A DNA stretch of 64,000 bases from SAR324 cluster bacterium (GTDB lineage Bacteria > SAR324 > XYD2-FULL-50-16 > JAERRU01), in NCBI GenBank assembly GCA_016735295.1, contig JAERRU010000006.1, positions 138,766-202,765 on the forward strand, read 5' to 3'. A program made the position numbers and the translations under genes. How positions within the stretch are numbered: the stretch's first letter is position 1; every line of letters starts with the position of its first letter. A model generated the notes under the pieces. The model searched no databases, was not told the DNA's origin, and saw nothing but the letters and a program-made list of their open reading frames with translations. Shown piece by piece: positions 13,834-24,400 of the stretch.

Positions 13834-14460
13834 ATGGGCGAAATATTAATATCTGAGAAAAGTTTTAAAGTGCTTCTGCTAGCCACTATGGCGGGGGCAC
13901 TATTTTTATTATATTTCTTCTATAATCAATTATTCTATCAACTTTCTTATCTTTTGATGGATAATAAGGGGGGGGTGTTTAGGAAGATAAGCCAACATCA
14001 TTTATTTAATATTAATTTTTCAGGCTTGATTTACGCCTTGACCAGCTTGGCTGGACTTATCATATTCTGGTTTTATCTGTTCTCTTATCCCAAAAGAGAT
14101 GAGATAGAACGCAAATTAATGTCAGAGGTGGTTAAATCTAAGGAGATGCGTGTTGATGATAATAACGTATTTTATGGTAAGGGTGTTATTGATGATGAGG
14201 CGGTTAAAGAATTTGTGAATAATTACAATGAATCGGCACTTAAGTTCATCTTTCATAGAAATATTGACGGCACTGATTTGGATAATTTCGTTAAGAATTT
14301 GTATCGAGAGTGGTCAACTAGAGGCATGACTGAAGATAGGGTGCGCGCTGAGGTGGTGCGAGTATTAGAGACAGATTTGCTTGATGAGCGTAATCTTTAT
14401 GAGATAATGCTTAAATTACGCGAAGTAACTCACGGGGTCTCCAGAGATCAAGATATTTAG
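13834..14460 (+). CDS. Hypothetical membrane protein (two N-terminal TM helices plus a soluble C-terminal domain)
   Basis: Hydrophobic segments VLLLATMAGALFLLYFF and GLIYALTSLAGLIIFWFYLF. No recognisable motifs. Confidence 0.55.
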   Translation: MGEILISEKSFKVLLLATMAGALFLLYFFYNQLFYQLSYLLMDNKGGVFRKISQHHLFNINFSGLIYALTSLAGLIIFWFYLFSYPKRDEIERKLMSEVVKSKEMRVDDNNVFYGKGVIDDEAVKEFVNNYNESALKFIFHRNIDGTDLDNFVKNLYREWSTRGMTEDRVRAEVVRVLETDLLDERNLYEIMLKLREVTHGVSRDQDI

Positions 14461-14700
14461 GCTAGTTTGGATGAACTAGTTAATTATAAATATCGCCATA
14501 TTTTGCACTCGCTACGAGATTGATGGCCTATTTTCGATATGTTTGGGCTAGTTTGGATGGGCCAGTTAATTATAAATATTGCTATATTGATGGCTCGTTT
14601 TTGCCATACTTAGGCTGGTTTGACTGAAACTATATATTTTTGATTAACGCTCGTTCCCAATAAATACGATTATTGGATTGATATTCTAAGGCTAGTTATG
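14460..14700. repeat. Degenerate tandem repeat array: four units starting GGCTRGTT at 14460, 14546, 14613 and 14690
   Basis: ggctagtttggatgaactagttaattataaatatcgc / ggctagtttggatgggccagttaattataaatattgc / ggctggtttgactgaaactatatattt / ggctagttatga. An internal attgatggcc(t/g)...tttt sub-motif also repeats. Unit spacing is 86, 67 and 77 bp. Confidence 0.7.
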
Positions 14701-15337
14701 ACTTTTCAAGTGCCTTAATGAAATTTGTAACTTTGATAATATTTTTCTTACCGGGAAAATCTTCTACCCCTGAAGAGACGTCAACTGCTACAGGCCGAAA
14801 ATCAGTTATAGAATTTAATATATTATCAGCATTTAAGCCGCCAGCCAATATTATTTGTTTATTACTAGATTTGATGGTCTCGCTTAAATTGGCAAATTTC
14901 TTATGGTTGATTAGTTTTCCAGTTCCCCCATAATCACCTTTTTGCCAGCTATCAATTAGTATATTGTGGCAGCTGTAATCGGCTATTTTTGCTAAATCGG
15001 CGTCATTTTTTAGCCTGATTGCCTTATACCAATTTATTTTTGCTTTAGTTAGTTGATTGGTATATTCAACGCTCTCATCTCCGTGTAGCTGTGCTAAGTT
15101 TAGTTTGGCGACTTGCATTATTTTGATTAATTCTGGTAACGGATGGTTCACGAACACGCCTATTTTTTGGATAAAGGGGGGCAGACTAGCCACTATATCA
15201 GCTATATCTGGTGGAGCTATATACCTTTTAGATGGCGGGTATATGATAAAACCTAATGCTCCCACTCCTAGATTAGCTATTTCTAAGGCGTCTTTTAAGC
15301 GAGTTATTCCGCATATTTTTATGTGTGTACGATTCAT
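14696..15337 (-). CDS. trpF: Phosphoribosylanthranilate isomerase
   Basis: IKICGIT...DALEIANLGVGALGFI...PPSKRYI...IGVFVN...LAQLHGDE, the canonical TrpF pattern. Confidence 0.85.
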   Translation of the reverse strand: MNRTHIKICGITRLKDALEIANLGVGALGFIIYPPSKRYIAPPDIADIVASLPPFIQKIGVFVNHPLPELIKIMQVAKLNLAQLHGDESVEYTNQLTKAKINWYKAIRLKNDADLAKIADYSCHNILIDSWQKGDYGGTGKLINHKKFANLSETIKSSNKQIILAGGLNADNILNSITDFRPVAVDVSSGVEDFPGKKNIIKVTNFIKALEKS

Positions 15338-15487
15338 GACTTGAGCAAAGAAAAAATTAATTTTATTTGATGAACTTGCATAATAGTATTTATAAACCTA
15401 GACTTAAAGTAATATATAAATCTATTTTTTAAAACTAGTAGTTACTTATCTTATAGAAATTCAATATTAATTTATCAAGTATAATAA

Positions 15488-16336
15488 ATGTTTCAAAAAG
15501 TTGGTATTATCGGAGGCACCGGCAAAATGGGAGAAATGTTTGCTCGGGTGATGAAAGAAAAAGGAATATCTTGCCTAATTTCTGATGAAAATAATCCTAA
15601 AGAAGAGCAACGCATAGTAAGTGAATGTGATTTGATTATATTGAGCGTGCCTATCGCAATTAGCAAGCAAGTAGCTATGAAAATAGGCCCTAAACTAAGG
15701 GCTAATCAAGTATGGACAGATTTTACATCGGTTAAATCCGAGATAATCAAGGTGATGAAAAAATATCAAGCTGAAGTGATATCATCTCATCCTTTATTTG
15801 GCGCCATGCAAGATATCAAAAATCAGAATTTGCTACTTATGCCGGTTACCAATGGATATTCTTCAAATTTAATTAAATTAAAGAAATTTTTTGAGAGGCT
15901 AGGATTAGTAATTTTTATCATCAAAGATTGGCAAAGGCACGATAAATTGATGAGTTATATTCAAGGGCTGATGCATTTTATACACATAGTGTTCACTAAA
16001 ACGCTGCAGCATCAATCGATAGATATTGAAGAATTGACTAGTATATCAAGCCCAGTATATAGGGCTAATTTTGCCTTTGCTTGCCGAATAATAGGGCGTG
16101 ATTCTAGCCTTTATACCCATATTTTGATGGATAATGAGCATAATAAATCAGTAATCAAGGATTTTATAGGTCAAGCTCAGCAAACTTTGCATCTAATTGA
16201 AAATAAAAATGATCAAACCCTAGTAAATCAAATAGATTCGTTAAGGGAATATTTATCGGATATGGGGAAAAAATTTTCTAAAGAAAGTGATTATCTAGTA
16301 AATAAAATGAGTGAATTAGATAAATCTAGCAAGTAG
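15488..16336 (+). CDS. tyrA: Prephenate dehydrogenase family protein
   Basis: N-terminal Rossmann motif VGIIGGTGKMG. SVPI...SVKS...SSHPLFG pattern of prephenate/arogenate dehydrogenases. Confidence 0.75.
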   Translation: MFQKVGIIGGTGKMGEMFARVMKEKGISCLISDENNPKEEQRIVSECDLIILSVPIAISKQVAMKIGPKLRANQVWTDFTSVKSEIIKVMKKYQAEVISSHPLFGAMQDIKNQNLLLMPVTNGYSSNLIKLKKFFERLGLVIFIIKDWQRHDKLMSYIQGLMHFIHIVFTKTLQHQSIDIEELTSISSPVYRANFAFACRIIGRDSSLYTHILMDNEHNKSVIKDFIGQAQQTLHLIENKNDQTLVNQIDSLREYLSDMGKKFSKESDYLVNKMSELDKSSK

Positions 16337-16412
16337 AGAAAGTATTTTGTTAAATATAAAGGGTTACTAGCTGGTAATTTTAGTTAAAGCTAAAGTTACC
16401 AGCTAACTAATG

Positions 16413-17033
16413 CTAAAATAAATAACTTAAGGCTAATTCACTAGAAACTACCGACGTTGCTGTCCAAACACCAGTCGTTCCTAAATACTGACCTTTATAT
16501 ACAAAATCAACGTCTTTGTCTATTAGATACACGTTTATCACAATATCAAATAACAGATTATCATTAATTTGATATTCATATCCGCCTTTTACCGCTAGGC
16601 CCATGTTGCTTACGGAAGTGGTTTTTATGATATCATTATCCATAATGTCAATCTTAGTGCTTGCTAAGCCAGCGCCGATGAGCCAACCTCTTCTTATTCC
16701 TTGATTATTAAATCCATAATCATAGGTTACCGCTAAAACTTCTGTAGCTAGAATTTTTGGTATTGAATTTGTCTCACCTGAGAAAAAGTTAAAATTAATC
16801 TTAGCATTATCATTAAGAATAACTCCCCCAACAAGACCTATTTCTGTTCCTTTGTCGGCGGTAGGCTCTGTACGATAAACGGTTGCTACGCCCACAGACG
16901 TAGATTTAGGTTCCATGGATATTGTAAAAGAATTAAATCCTAAGCCGATGTAAGGGATAGTTTGTGCTTTTAATTTGGGAGATAAAGAAATAATGGTGAC
17001 TATAGTAAATATAGGGATAAATATTTTTTCCAT
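16413..17033 (-). CDS. Small outer-membrane beta-barrel protein
   Basis: Signal peptide (...SPKLKAQT), alternating beta-strand pattern, and a C-terminal ...ALSYLF with terminal Phe. Confidence 0.6.
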   Translation of the reverse strand: MEKIFIPIFTIVTIISLSPKLKAQTIPYIGLGFNSFTISMEPKSTSVGVATVYRTEPTADKGTEIGLVGGVILNDNAKINFNFFSGETNSIPKILATEVLAVTYDYGFNNQGIRRGWLIGAGLASTKIDIMDNDIIKTTSVSNMGLAVKGGYEYQINDNLLFDIVINVYLIDKDVDFVYKGQYLGTTGVWTATSVVSSELALSYLF

Positions 17034-17289
17034 GCTTATTTTTGATATGAATATTCCTGTTTATAGAATAGGGTTACTCTATTTTCTAATTTATCAAATA
17101 AATGTCAAGCGATATGTAATAAAAAAAAATTGAACTAATGGTGAGCGGTGCTCTATCAATTTATGTGTAGAAAATATTACGAATTAGATATTATAATAAT
17201 TAGTTGCTTAAGAAAAGTATGTTATTTTGCTATCCTTAGGAAGCTCAAAAATTAATTATCACTAAAAGAAGTATAAAAATAATACCTGT

Positions 17290-19230
17290 ATGACAATAGA
17301 AAATATGGCTAACGCAACCGCTTTAGCTCTATCAGATAAATTAAAATCATTGCCCACCAGTTCAGGCGTTTATTTACTTAAGGATGAAAATGCTAATATT
17401 ATTTATATAGGTAAAGCAAAAAATTTAAAGAATAGGGTGCGTAGCTATTTCCAGCAAGCAAGCCTGTCTAACCACCGCACCGCAATATTTGTCGCTAAAC
17501 TAAGAGATTTAGAATGGATCATCACCTTAAAAGAATCAGAGGCGTTACTAGTAGAGGATTATTTAATAAAACTGCATAAACCTCGCTATAATATTTTATT
17601 AAAAGATAGCAAAACCTATCCTCACATAAAGGTAACGATAAAAGAAAGATTTCCCCGGCTTTTTTTGACAAGACAGGTAAAAAAAGATGGCTCACAGTAT
17701 TACGGCCCCTATAGCTCAATTCATGATGCCAGAAGCACTTTACAAGCAATACATAAATATTTCCCCCTTAGAACATCAAAAATGGATTTAGACGGGAGCA
17801 AAAAATATAAACCCTGTTTGAATTTTTATTTAAAACGGTGTCTAGCCCCTTGCACCGGAAATGTGAAGGTTAGTGAGTATAAAGAAATAGTTACCCAAGT
17901 AATTAAACTATTAAAGGGGGATTATAATCAATTGGTGGAAGAATTAACTTTAGAAATGCATAGCAGGGCCGCTAAACAAGATTTTGAGAGAGCGAGCAAA
18001 ATCAGAGATCAAATAAAATCAGTCAAGGAGACACTGCTAAAAAAGCCTCGCATTACGAGAGATAAATTATCTTGTGATCTTTTAGGGGTGGTGCGAGAAG
18101 ATGGATTTTTAGGAGGTCAAGCGGTATTTATTAGAGGGGGAATAATAGTGGGTAGTGATTTTGAATTTTTAGGTGATGATGGAGGATATCAAGATGACGA
18201 GGTAATCAGGCATTTATTTGCTAAGCTTTATATAGGAAAAGAAAAGCAGCCTCCACCAATTATTTATGTACCTGAAGTTACCGATGAGGCAAAAATGCTT
18301 ATTCATTATTTTAAGGAGAGGAAGGTAAAAATTAAGATAAAATTTCCTAGTGTGATAGAGAAAAAGAAGTTTTATGATGGATGCCTCCAAAATGGAATAG
18401 CGAATTTAAAGGCTTATCTAGCTAGCGAGCAAACAAATCAGGGCATTTTAAATAGAGTAAAAGATGATCTAAAGCTAAAAGTATTACCAAATCGAGTGGA
18501 GTGCATTGATATTTCACACCTAGGAGGCACTAATAGCGTTGCTTCTCTGGTGGTTTTTGAAAATAATATGCCCGCTAAAAAGTATTATCGACGATTCAAA
18601 ATTAAAACGGTCGATAAAATAGATGATTTTGCCGCTATGGCCGAAGTAATAACGCGAAGGATAAAAAGGGGAATTAGCAAAGATTGGCTTTGGCCTGATT
18701 TAATAATTATTGATGGGGGTATAGGGCAACTAAACGCTGTTTTAGCGGTGATAGCAAAAAGTGATTTATCTCTGATAAATTTTGATGTCATTAGCTTCGC
18801 GAAAGGTCGTCAAGAGAAGAAAAGATTTAATAAGGGGGCAATGCAAGGTAGAGCTGGTGAAAGAGCTAAAAATAATGATAGTTTAGATTTTGAATATGTA
18901 GTAAAGCCAGAATTAAAAAATAAGCTTAGATTAAATAAAAGCTCACCAACGCTACATTTTCTGCAAAGAGTAAGAGATGAAGCTCATAGGTTTGCCTTGG
19001 CTTATCACAAGCTAATCAGGCGAAAGCAGATGCTACATTCTAGTTTAGATGATATATTTGGCATAGGCTCTCGGAAAAAAGAAATATTACTTGAATATTT
19101 TGGAAAAATATCTGACCTTAAACAAGCCACTAAGGAAGAATTAAAAAAGGTGCCAGGAATAACTAGCCAAGATATAACTAGGTTATGGAAATTTTTTCAT
19201 CATAAAGAAGCACAACTAAAAGATAAGTGA
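17290..19230 (+). CDS. uvrC: Excinuclease ABC subunit C
   Basis: GIY-YIG motif (GVYLLKDENANIIYIGKAKNLKNRVRSYF), UVR domain (FERASKIRDQI), endonuclease V-like domain and C-terminal (HhH)2. Confidence 0.93.
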   Translation: MTIENMANATALALSDKLKSLPTSSGVYLLKDENANIIYIGKAKNLKNRVRSYFQQASLSNHRTAIFVAKLRDLEWIITLKESEALLVEDYLIKLHKPRYNILLKDSKTYPHIKVTIKERFPRLFLTRQVKKDGSQYYGPYSSIHDARSTLQAIHKYFPLRTSKMDLDGSKKYKPCLNFYLKRCLAPCTGNVKVSEYKEIVTQVIKLLKGDYNQLVEELTLEMHSRAAKQDFERASKIRDQIKSVKETLLKKPRITRDKLSCDLLGVVREDGFLGGQAVFIRGGIIVGSDFEFLGDDGGYQDDEVIRHLFAKLYIGKEKQPPPIIYVPEVTDEAKMLIHYFKERKVKIKIKFPSVIEKKKFYDGCLQNGIANLKAYLASEQTNQGILNRVKDDLKLKVLPNRVECIDISHLGGTNSVASLVVFENNMPAKKYYRRFKIKTVDKIDDFAAMAEVITRRIKRGISKDWLWPDLIIIDGGIGQLNAVLAVIAKSDLSLINFDVISFAKGRQEKKRFNKGAMQGRAGERAKNNDSLDFEYVVKPELKNKLRLNKSSPTLHFLQRVRDEAHRFALAYHKLIRRKQMLHSSLDDIFGIGSRKKEILLEYFGKISDLKQATKEELKKVPGITSQDITRLWKFFHHKEAQLKDK

Positions 19231-20246
19231 GGGCATATTTAATAAAGAGATTTTTACTTTTAATCCCAACTTTACTGGGCATTAGCATGCTAGTATTTAT
19301 GATAAGTTGGATAGTGCCTGGTGGGCCTATTGAGCAAGAAATTTCTCGCATTAGATTTAGCCAACAAGGGTTAACACAAAGGGGGGTTGGGGGCTCAGAT
19401 TCACTAATAAGCGAGGAGCAGATAGAATATCTCAAGAAATTTTATGGATTTGATAAGCCTATTTACGAAGCCTACTGGGACTGGCAAAAAAGAGCTTTAA
19501 TGCTTGATTTTGGCATTTCTTATCGTTATCAAGAACCGGTTTTGGATCTTGTGTTAGAAAGAATGCCGATATCTTTATATTTTGGGTTGGTGACTACCAT
19601 AATAACATATTTAATTTCAGTTCCGCTGGGGGTAATGAAGGCGGTTTATCATCAGACAATTTTTGATAATATATCATCGTTTATAGTATTTTTGGGATAT
19701 GCGATTCCTTCATTTATCTTTGGGTTATTATTGATATATACGTTAGGAGCAAATTTTGATTGGCTACCTATATCTGGTTTTACGAGTGATAATTTTGATG
19801 AGCTGGGGGCTTGGCAAAAGGTGGGAGATGTTATAAAGCATTCAATTTTACCCACTGCTTGTTATTTGATAGGCTCTTTTGCTTATATGACATTGTTGGT
19901 GAAAAATTCACTACTTGAAAATTTAGGATCTCCGTTTGTTCGTAGTGCGGTGGCGATGGGGTTTAGCCGGTATCAAGTATTTTTTCATCACGCGTTACGT
20001 AATTCTTTAATCCCCTTAGCGGCTACTTTTGGCCAAACTATCACTTTAGTATTTGCGGGGTCTTTTTTAATTGAAAAAATATTTAATATAGATGGAATGG
20101 GATTACTTGGTTATCAGGCGGTAACTGAGCGTGATTATCCGGTAGTTATGGGGACTTTATATATGTCGACTTTATTATTTCTGGTAGGCAATATAATTTC
20201 TGATATATGTTTAGCCAAGGCCGATGCGAGGATTAGATTTAGTTAA
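19227..20246 (+). CDS. ABC transporter permease, OppB/YejB (peptide/microcin C) type, without transporter partner genes nearby
   Basis: N-terminal YLIKRFLLLIPTLLGISMLVF, the long periplasmic insert typical of YejB, and the EAA-like loop (SAVAMGFSRYQVFFHHALRNSLIPL). GTG start overlaps the uvrC stop (GTGA). Confidence 0.75.
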   Translation: MRAYLIKRFLLLIPTLLGISMLVFMISWIVPGGPIEQEISRIRFSQQGLTQRGVGGSDSLISEEQIEYLKKFYGFDKPIYEAYWDWQKRALMLDFGISYRYQEPVLDLVLERMPISLYFGLVTTIITYLISVPLGVMKAVYHQTIFDNISSFIVFLGYAIPSFIFGLLLIYTLGANFDWLPISGFTSDNFDELGAWQKVGDVIKHSILPTACYLIGSFAYMTLLVKNSLLENLGSPFVRSAVAMGFSRYQVFFHHALRNSLIPLAATFGQTITLVFAGSFLIEKIFNIDGMGLLGYQAVTERDYPVVMGTLYMSTLLFLVGNIISDICLAKADARIRFS

Positions 20247-20297
20247 TTTTAATATGATATCAATTTATTTAATTTTATAAAAGAGAGGATATAAAAC

Positions 20298-20810
20298 ATG
20301 AGAAAATTTATTGCAGTTTATCCAACCAGTGCTGACCCGCCTACATTAGGGCATGCTGATATTTTGCGTAGAGCTGCTTTAAAATTTGATTATATTTATT
20401 GGGTAGTAGCGATTAATCCGGTAAAGAAGCCGTTTTTTTCCTTGGAAGACAGAATGGCGATGATGAATGAATATATAGAATTTTATAAATTAGATAATGT
20501 GATACTGGATCATTTTGAAGGGGCGATAGTTAAATATTCAATTAAGAAAAGGGCGTCTTTTATGTTGAGGGGGATGAGGAATACAACAGATTTTCAATTT
20601 GAATTTAATTTAGCTAGCGTAAACAAAAAAATAAATAATGATGTAGAAACGGTGAGCATATTTGCCGATCCAGGCTTATCTGCCATAAATTCAGGTGTAA
20701 TAAGAGAATTAGTTACGCTAGGTGAAGATTTTGATGATTATGTGATACCAAAGGTGGCAAAAAAAATAAGAAATATTATCAAAAAAAGAAGGCTAGCTAG
20801 TGAAAATTAA
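20298..20810 (+). CDS. coaD: Phosphopantetheine adenylyltransferase
   Basis: AVYPTSADPPTLGH (T/HxGH nucleotidyltransferase motif) and LRGMRNTTDFQFE. Confidence 0.85.
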   Translation: MRKFIAVYPTSADPPTLGHADILRRAALKFDYIYWVVAINPVKKPFFSLEDRMAMMNEYIEFYKLDNVILDHFEGAIVKYSIKKRASFMLRGMRNTTDFQFEFNLASVNKKINNDVETVSIFADPGLSAINSGVIRELVTLGEDFDDYVIPKVAKKIRNIIKKRRLASEN

Positions 20811-21357
20811 AAAAGTGGATAGTTTGCACCTAGGGGTGTTAACAGTTAGCGATCGAGCTAAGGAGGGGGTATATAAAGATTTAAGCGGCCCGGCAATCAT
20901 TGATTGGGTGAAAAAATCACTGCAAAATTTGGTTAAAGTGGATTATATTTTGGTGAATGATGAAGAGAAAAATATTGCTAATGCGTTAGTTAATTTGTGT
21001 GATAAAAAAAACTGTGCCTTGGTGTTAACTACAGGAGGAACAGGCCCAGCCAAAAGAGACGTTACCCCTGAGGCCACCTTGAGCGTAGCTACCAAGGTGT
21101 TAGATGGATTTGGGGAAAAGATGCGTTCAATTAGTTTAAAATATGTCCCTACAGCGATATTATCAAGGCAGGTAGGAGTAATTAGAAATAATAGTTTAAT
21201 TATAAATCTACCAGGCAGACCTAAAGCAATAGGTGAAATTTTAGATGAACTTGTTTTGGCAATTCCATACTGTATAGATTTAATTGGGGGGCCTTACCTT
21301 ATTTTAAATCAAGATTTAGGCAAAGCCTATCGGCCTAATAATAATAATAATAATTAA
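20800..21357 (+). CDS. MogA/MoaB-family molybdenum cofactor biosynthesis protein
   Basis: VLTVSDRA...LVLTTGGTGPAKRDVTPEAT motif. GTG start overlaps coaD by 11 nt. Poly-Asn C-terminal tail. Confidence 0.75.
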   Translation: MKIKKVDSLHLGVLTVSDRAKEGVYKDLSGPAIIDWVKKSLQNLVKVDYILVNDEEKNIANALVNLCDKKNCALVLTTGGTGPAKRDVTPEATLSVATKVLDGFGEKMRSISLKYVPTAILSRQVGVIRNNSLIINLPGRPKAIGEILDELVLAIPYCIDLIGGPYLILNQDLGKAYRPNNNNNN

Positions 21358-21476
21358 TTATCCATTTAATTATCTATTTATTTATATCTTTATTTGGGCG
21401 AGGGTTAACATTATTTTGCTAAATTGAGCCTAAATACACTCTATGCCTTACTTTAACCAGCAACCGGTAAGAACTG

Positions 21477-24400
21477 CTATTTTATTTCTTCAACGCTTGC
21501 TGATTTTTTACTAATCTTCAGGTATCGATTTAATTTATCCAATAACACACTAATCGCTTTAAGGTGATTATCTTGGTTTGCGTAAAATTTAAGCCAAGCT
21601 TTTCTATATTTATGAAGCATAGGCTCAATATCTGATATAAATTGATCAAAAGCATTTTGGGGGCCAACTTTGTTAATATAGAGGCCCACTATTCGGTAAT
21701 AACCCCGTTTAATAAGGTTAGTTTTTAAGATTAATCCACCTACAAAAGCTTTTTCCCATTCATCAGTACTGATAGTTTCAAATAGCATATTTTCGATAAC
21801 TGCAAAATTAAAGTAATCTTCCATTTGATGAATAATAACCTGAATCTCTTTAAAACTAAGATTAGACACCTTATGCAGAAAAACAGACTCAAAAGGATTA
21901 TTAAGCGATACTTGGCTCATATAGGCATCAACTATTTTTTTGCTATAGCCAAGGTCGATTAATTGTTGTTTTTTCTTATTTAGTTTAGCCGTATTTGGGT
22001 GATATTTAACTGAAGCGGGCTGTTTTAAAAACTCATCTAACGAATTTTTAAAGCTAGATAAACTATCTAAATTAAGTTTTCTAGGTGCAAAATTAGCCAA
22101 CAACCAAACAGTACGCTCTTTTACTATATTTTCTACATCCATCACCAGCCGGCAAGCCTTATCAAAACCACCAGGTCTACATTCTTTTAGCAAACTATCC
22201 ATCAAGCCTTTTTCTGCGTGGGGGAAAAAAGTATTAACAATGAAAAAGCTCTTGATAATATCTATCACCTTGTTTGAGGTGATAACATGCACATTAGCTA
22301 AAAAAATCATCCCATTACGATTAATGAAAAAATTAGTTAGTGTGGCACAAATAATTTCTCTACGTAAAGGATGAGAGGTATTTTTAAGGTCGAATTCTTT
22401 TTGTAGAGCTGTTGGGAAATATTCCTGAAAATAATGATCCATATATGCTGAATCAGCTAAATCAGATTGGAAAATAATGTTATATACATAGTTTTTCATA
22501 TGGGCTAATAAAATAGCCAATAACGGACGAGGGATAGCTAAATTTTGTTTAAGCAAATTTATGAACCACTGAAACTTAGGAATATCATTATCTTTCCTAC
22601 TAAGGTTAGCAACTGTTTCTAAATGTTCTATTTCAGATATATAATAATTTCCTTCAATTTTTGATCGTCTTTGATCTAATGATATGCGGTAAGATTGAAG
22701 TTGATTATTAATTAAACAAAGCTTAGTTACGCTATCAGAAAGGGCATTAAATATTTCTTGCCTTTTAGTAGCGGTCTTAATTTTTCCTTGATTAGCTAAT
22801 TCGTTGAGCAATATTTTGATATTTACTTCTCTATCAGACATATCTACTCCGGCAGAATTGTCTATTGCATCATTATTAATTAGCCCGCCAGCCAAGTTAA
22901 ATTCAATACGCCCTAAAGGGGTTACTCCTAAATTACCACCTTCTAAAATAATTTTTGCGTTAAGGTCGCTCGCATCAACTCTAACATTATCGTTACTTTT
23001 ATCGCCAGCTTGCCCGTTAGTTTCATTGCTTGATTTAATATAAACCCCAATACCTCCATTAAAGATAACTTCCACATCTAATAAAAGTATTTCTCGAATC
23101 ATTTCTATGCCCGATAATGATTTTTGCGTGGAGCGAAGTAAATTTTTCATCTCTGGGGTAAGCGTGATAGACTTGCTATTACGACTAAAAATGCCCCCTC
23201 CTTTACTGATTAAAGATTGGTTATAATCCTTCCACGAAGAGTTAGCTAAATTGAATAACCTCTTTCGTTCAGTAAAACTAGTTTTAGGGTTAGGGGTAGG
23301 ATCAATAAAAATGTATAAATGATTAAACGCTCCCACCAATTTGATATTTTCCGATAACAGCATCCCGTTGCCAAAAACATCGCCAGACATATCGCCAATC
23401 GCTACCATGCGAAAGATATCTTTTTTAAAATCAAAACCTAACTCTTGAAAATGTATCTTTAAACACTCAAACGCCCCTCGTGCTGTAATCCCTAAAGACT
23501 TGTGATTATATCCATTAGAGCCCCCCGAAGCAAAAGCGTCTCCCAGCCAATAGTTAGCTTCAAGACTAATTTGATTAGCAAAATCAGAATAGCTAGCCGT
23601 GCCCTTATCAGCAGCAACTACCAAGTAAGGATCATACCCATCATAAGTGATTAATCCCTCAGGATGGACCGCTTTTCCATTTTTGATAGTATCAGTTAAA
23701 GAAAGCAGGCTTTTAATATAGTCTTTATAATAATTAGGTAATTCAGCTAATTGCTCCTTTCTTGATGGCCAGCTCTTATTAACAATAAACCCTCCCTTAG
23801 AGCCAACAGGCACTATCAACACATTTTTAAGCATTTGGGTTTGCATCAAATCTAGCACTTCACTACGATAATCATCAAGTCGATCAGAGTGACGGATGCC
23901 ACCGCGAGAAATTTTTCCTCCTCTAAGATGAACCCCTTCTAGGATATCATTGATCACAAAAATCTCGTAAAGAGGCTTAGGTGTTGGGATATATTCATTA
24001 GCTGAGCAATCTATTTTGATCGCTAGTGCTTGATAATTTTTTAGATAATAATTAGTTCTAATAGTAGTGCTCGCGATAGCAACTAATGATTTTAAAGCGA
24101 TATCTTCTAGCACAGTTTCAGATTTAGCAATTTCCTCATTTAGGTAGGTTATCTTTTTCGTTAAATATTTATTTCTATCACCCTTTATTTTTTGAACAGG
24201 AATAAATTTTTGTTCAAAATAATCAACTAAGTTTTCTGAAAAATTAGGATAATCAAGTAATACCTTAGTTAAATTCACTTGAGAAAAGGCCACATTGGTT
24301 AAACTTAGATAATTACGATACGCCTTTAATATTTCTATTTGTTTGGTGGTTAGGCGAGTAGAGAATAATAATGAAAAAATAGCATCATTGCGTATTTCTT

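Noticed and set aside
14460-14700. Possible CRISPR array
   Set aside because: The repeats are degenerate, the unit lengths vary (86/67/77 bp), there are no defined unique spacers, and no cas genes occur anywhere in the window.
21330-21357. Poly-Asn C-terminal tails (Mog ...RPNNNNNN; the O-antigen-ligase-like protein ends ...EYNNN)
   Set aside because: These are most simply explained by AAT-rich drift at 3' ends in an AT-rich genome, and there is no evidence of function.
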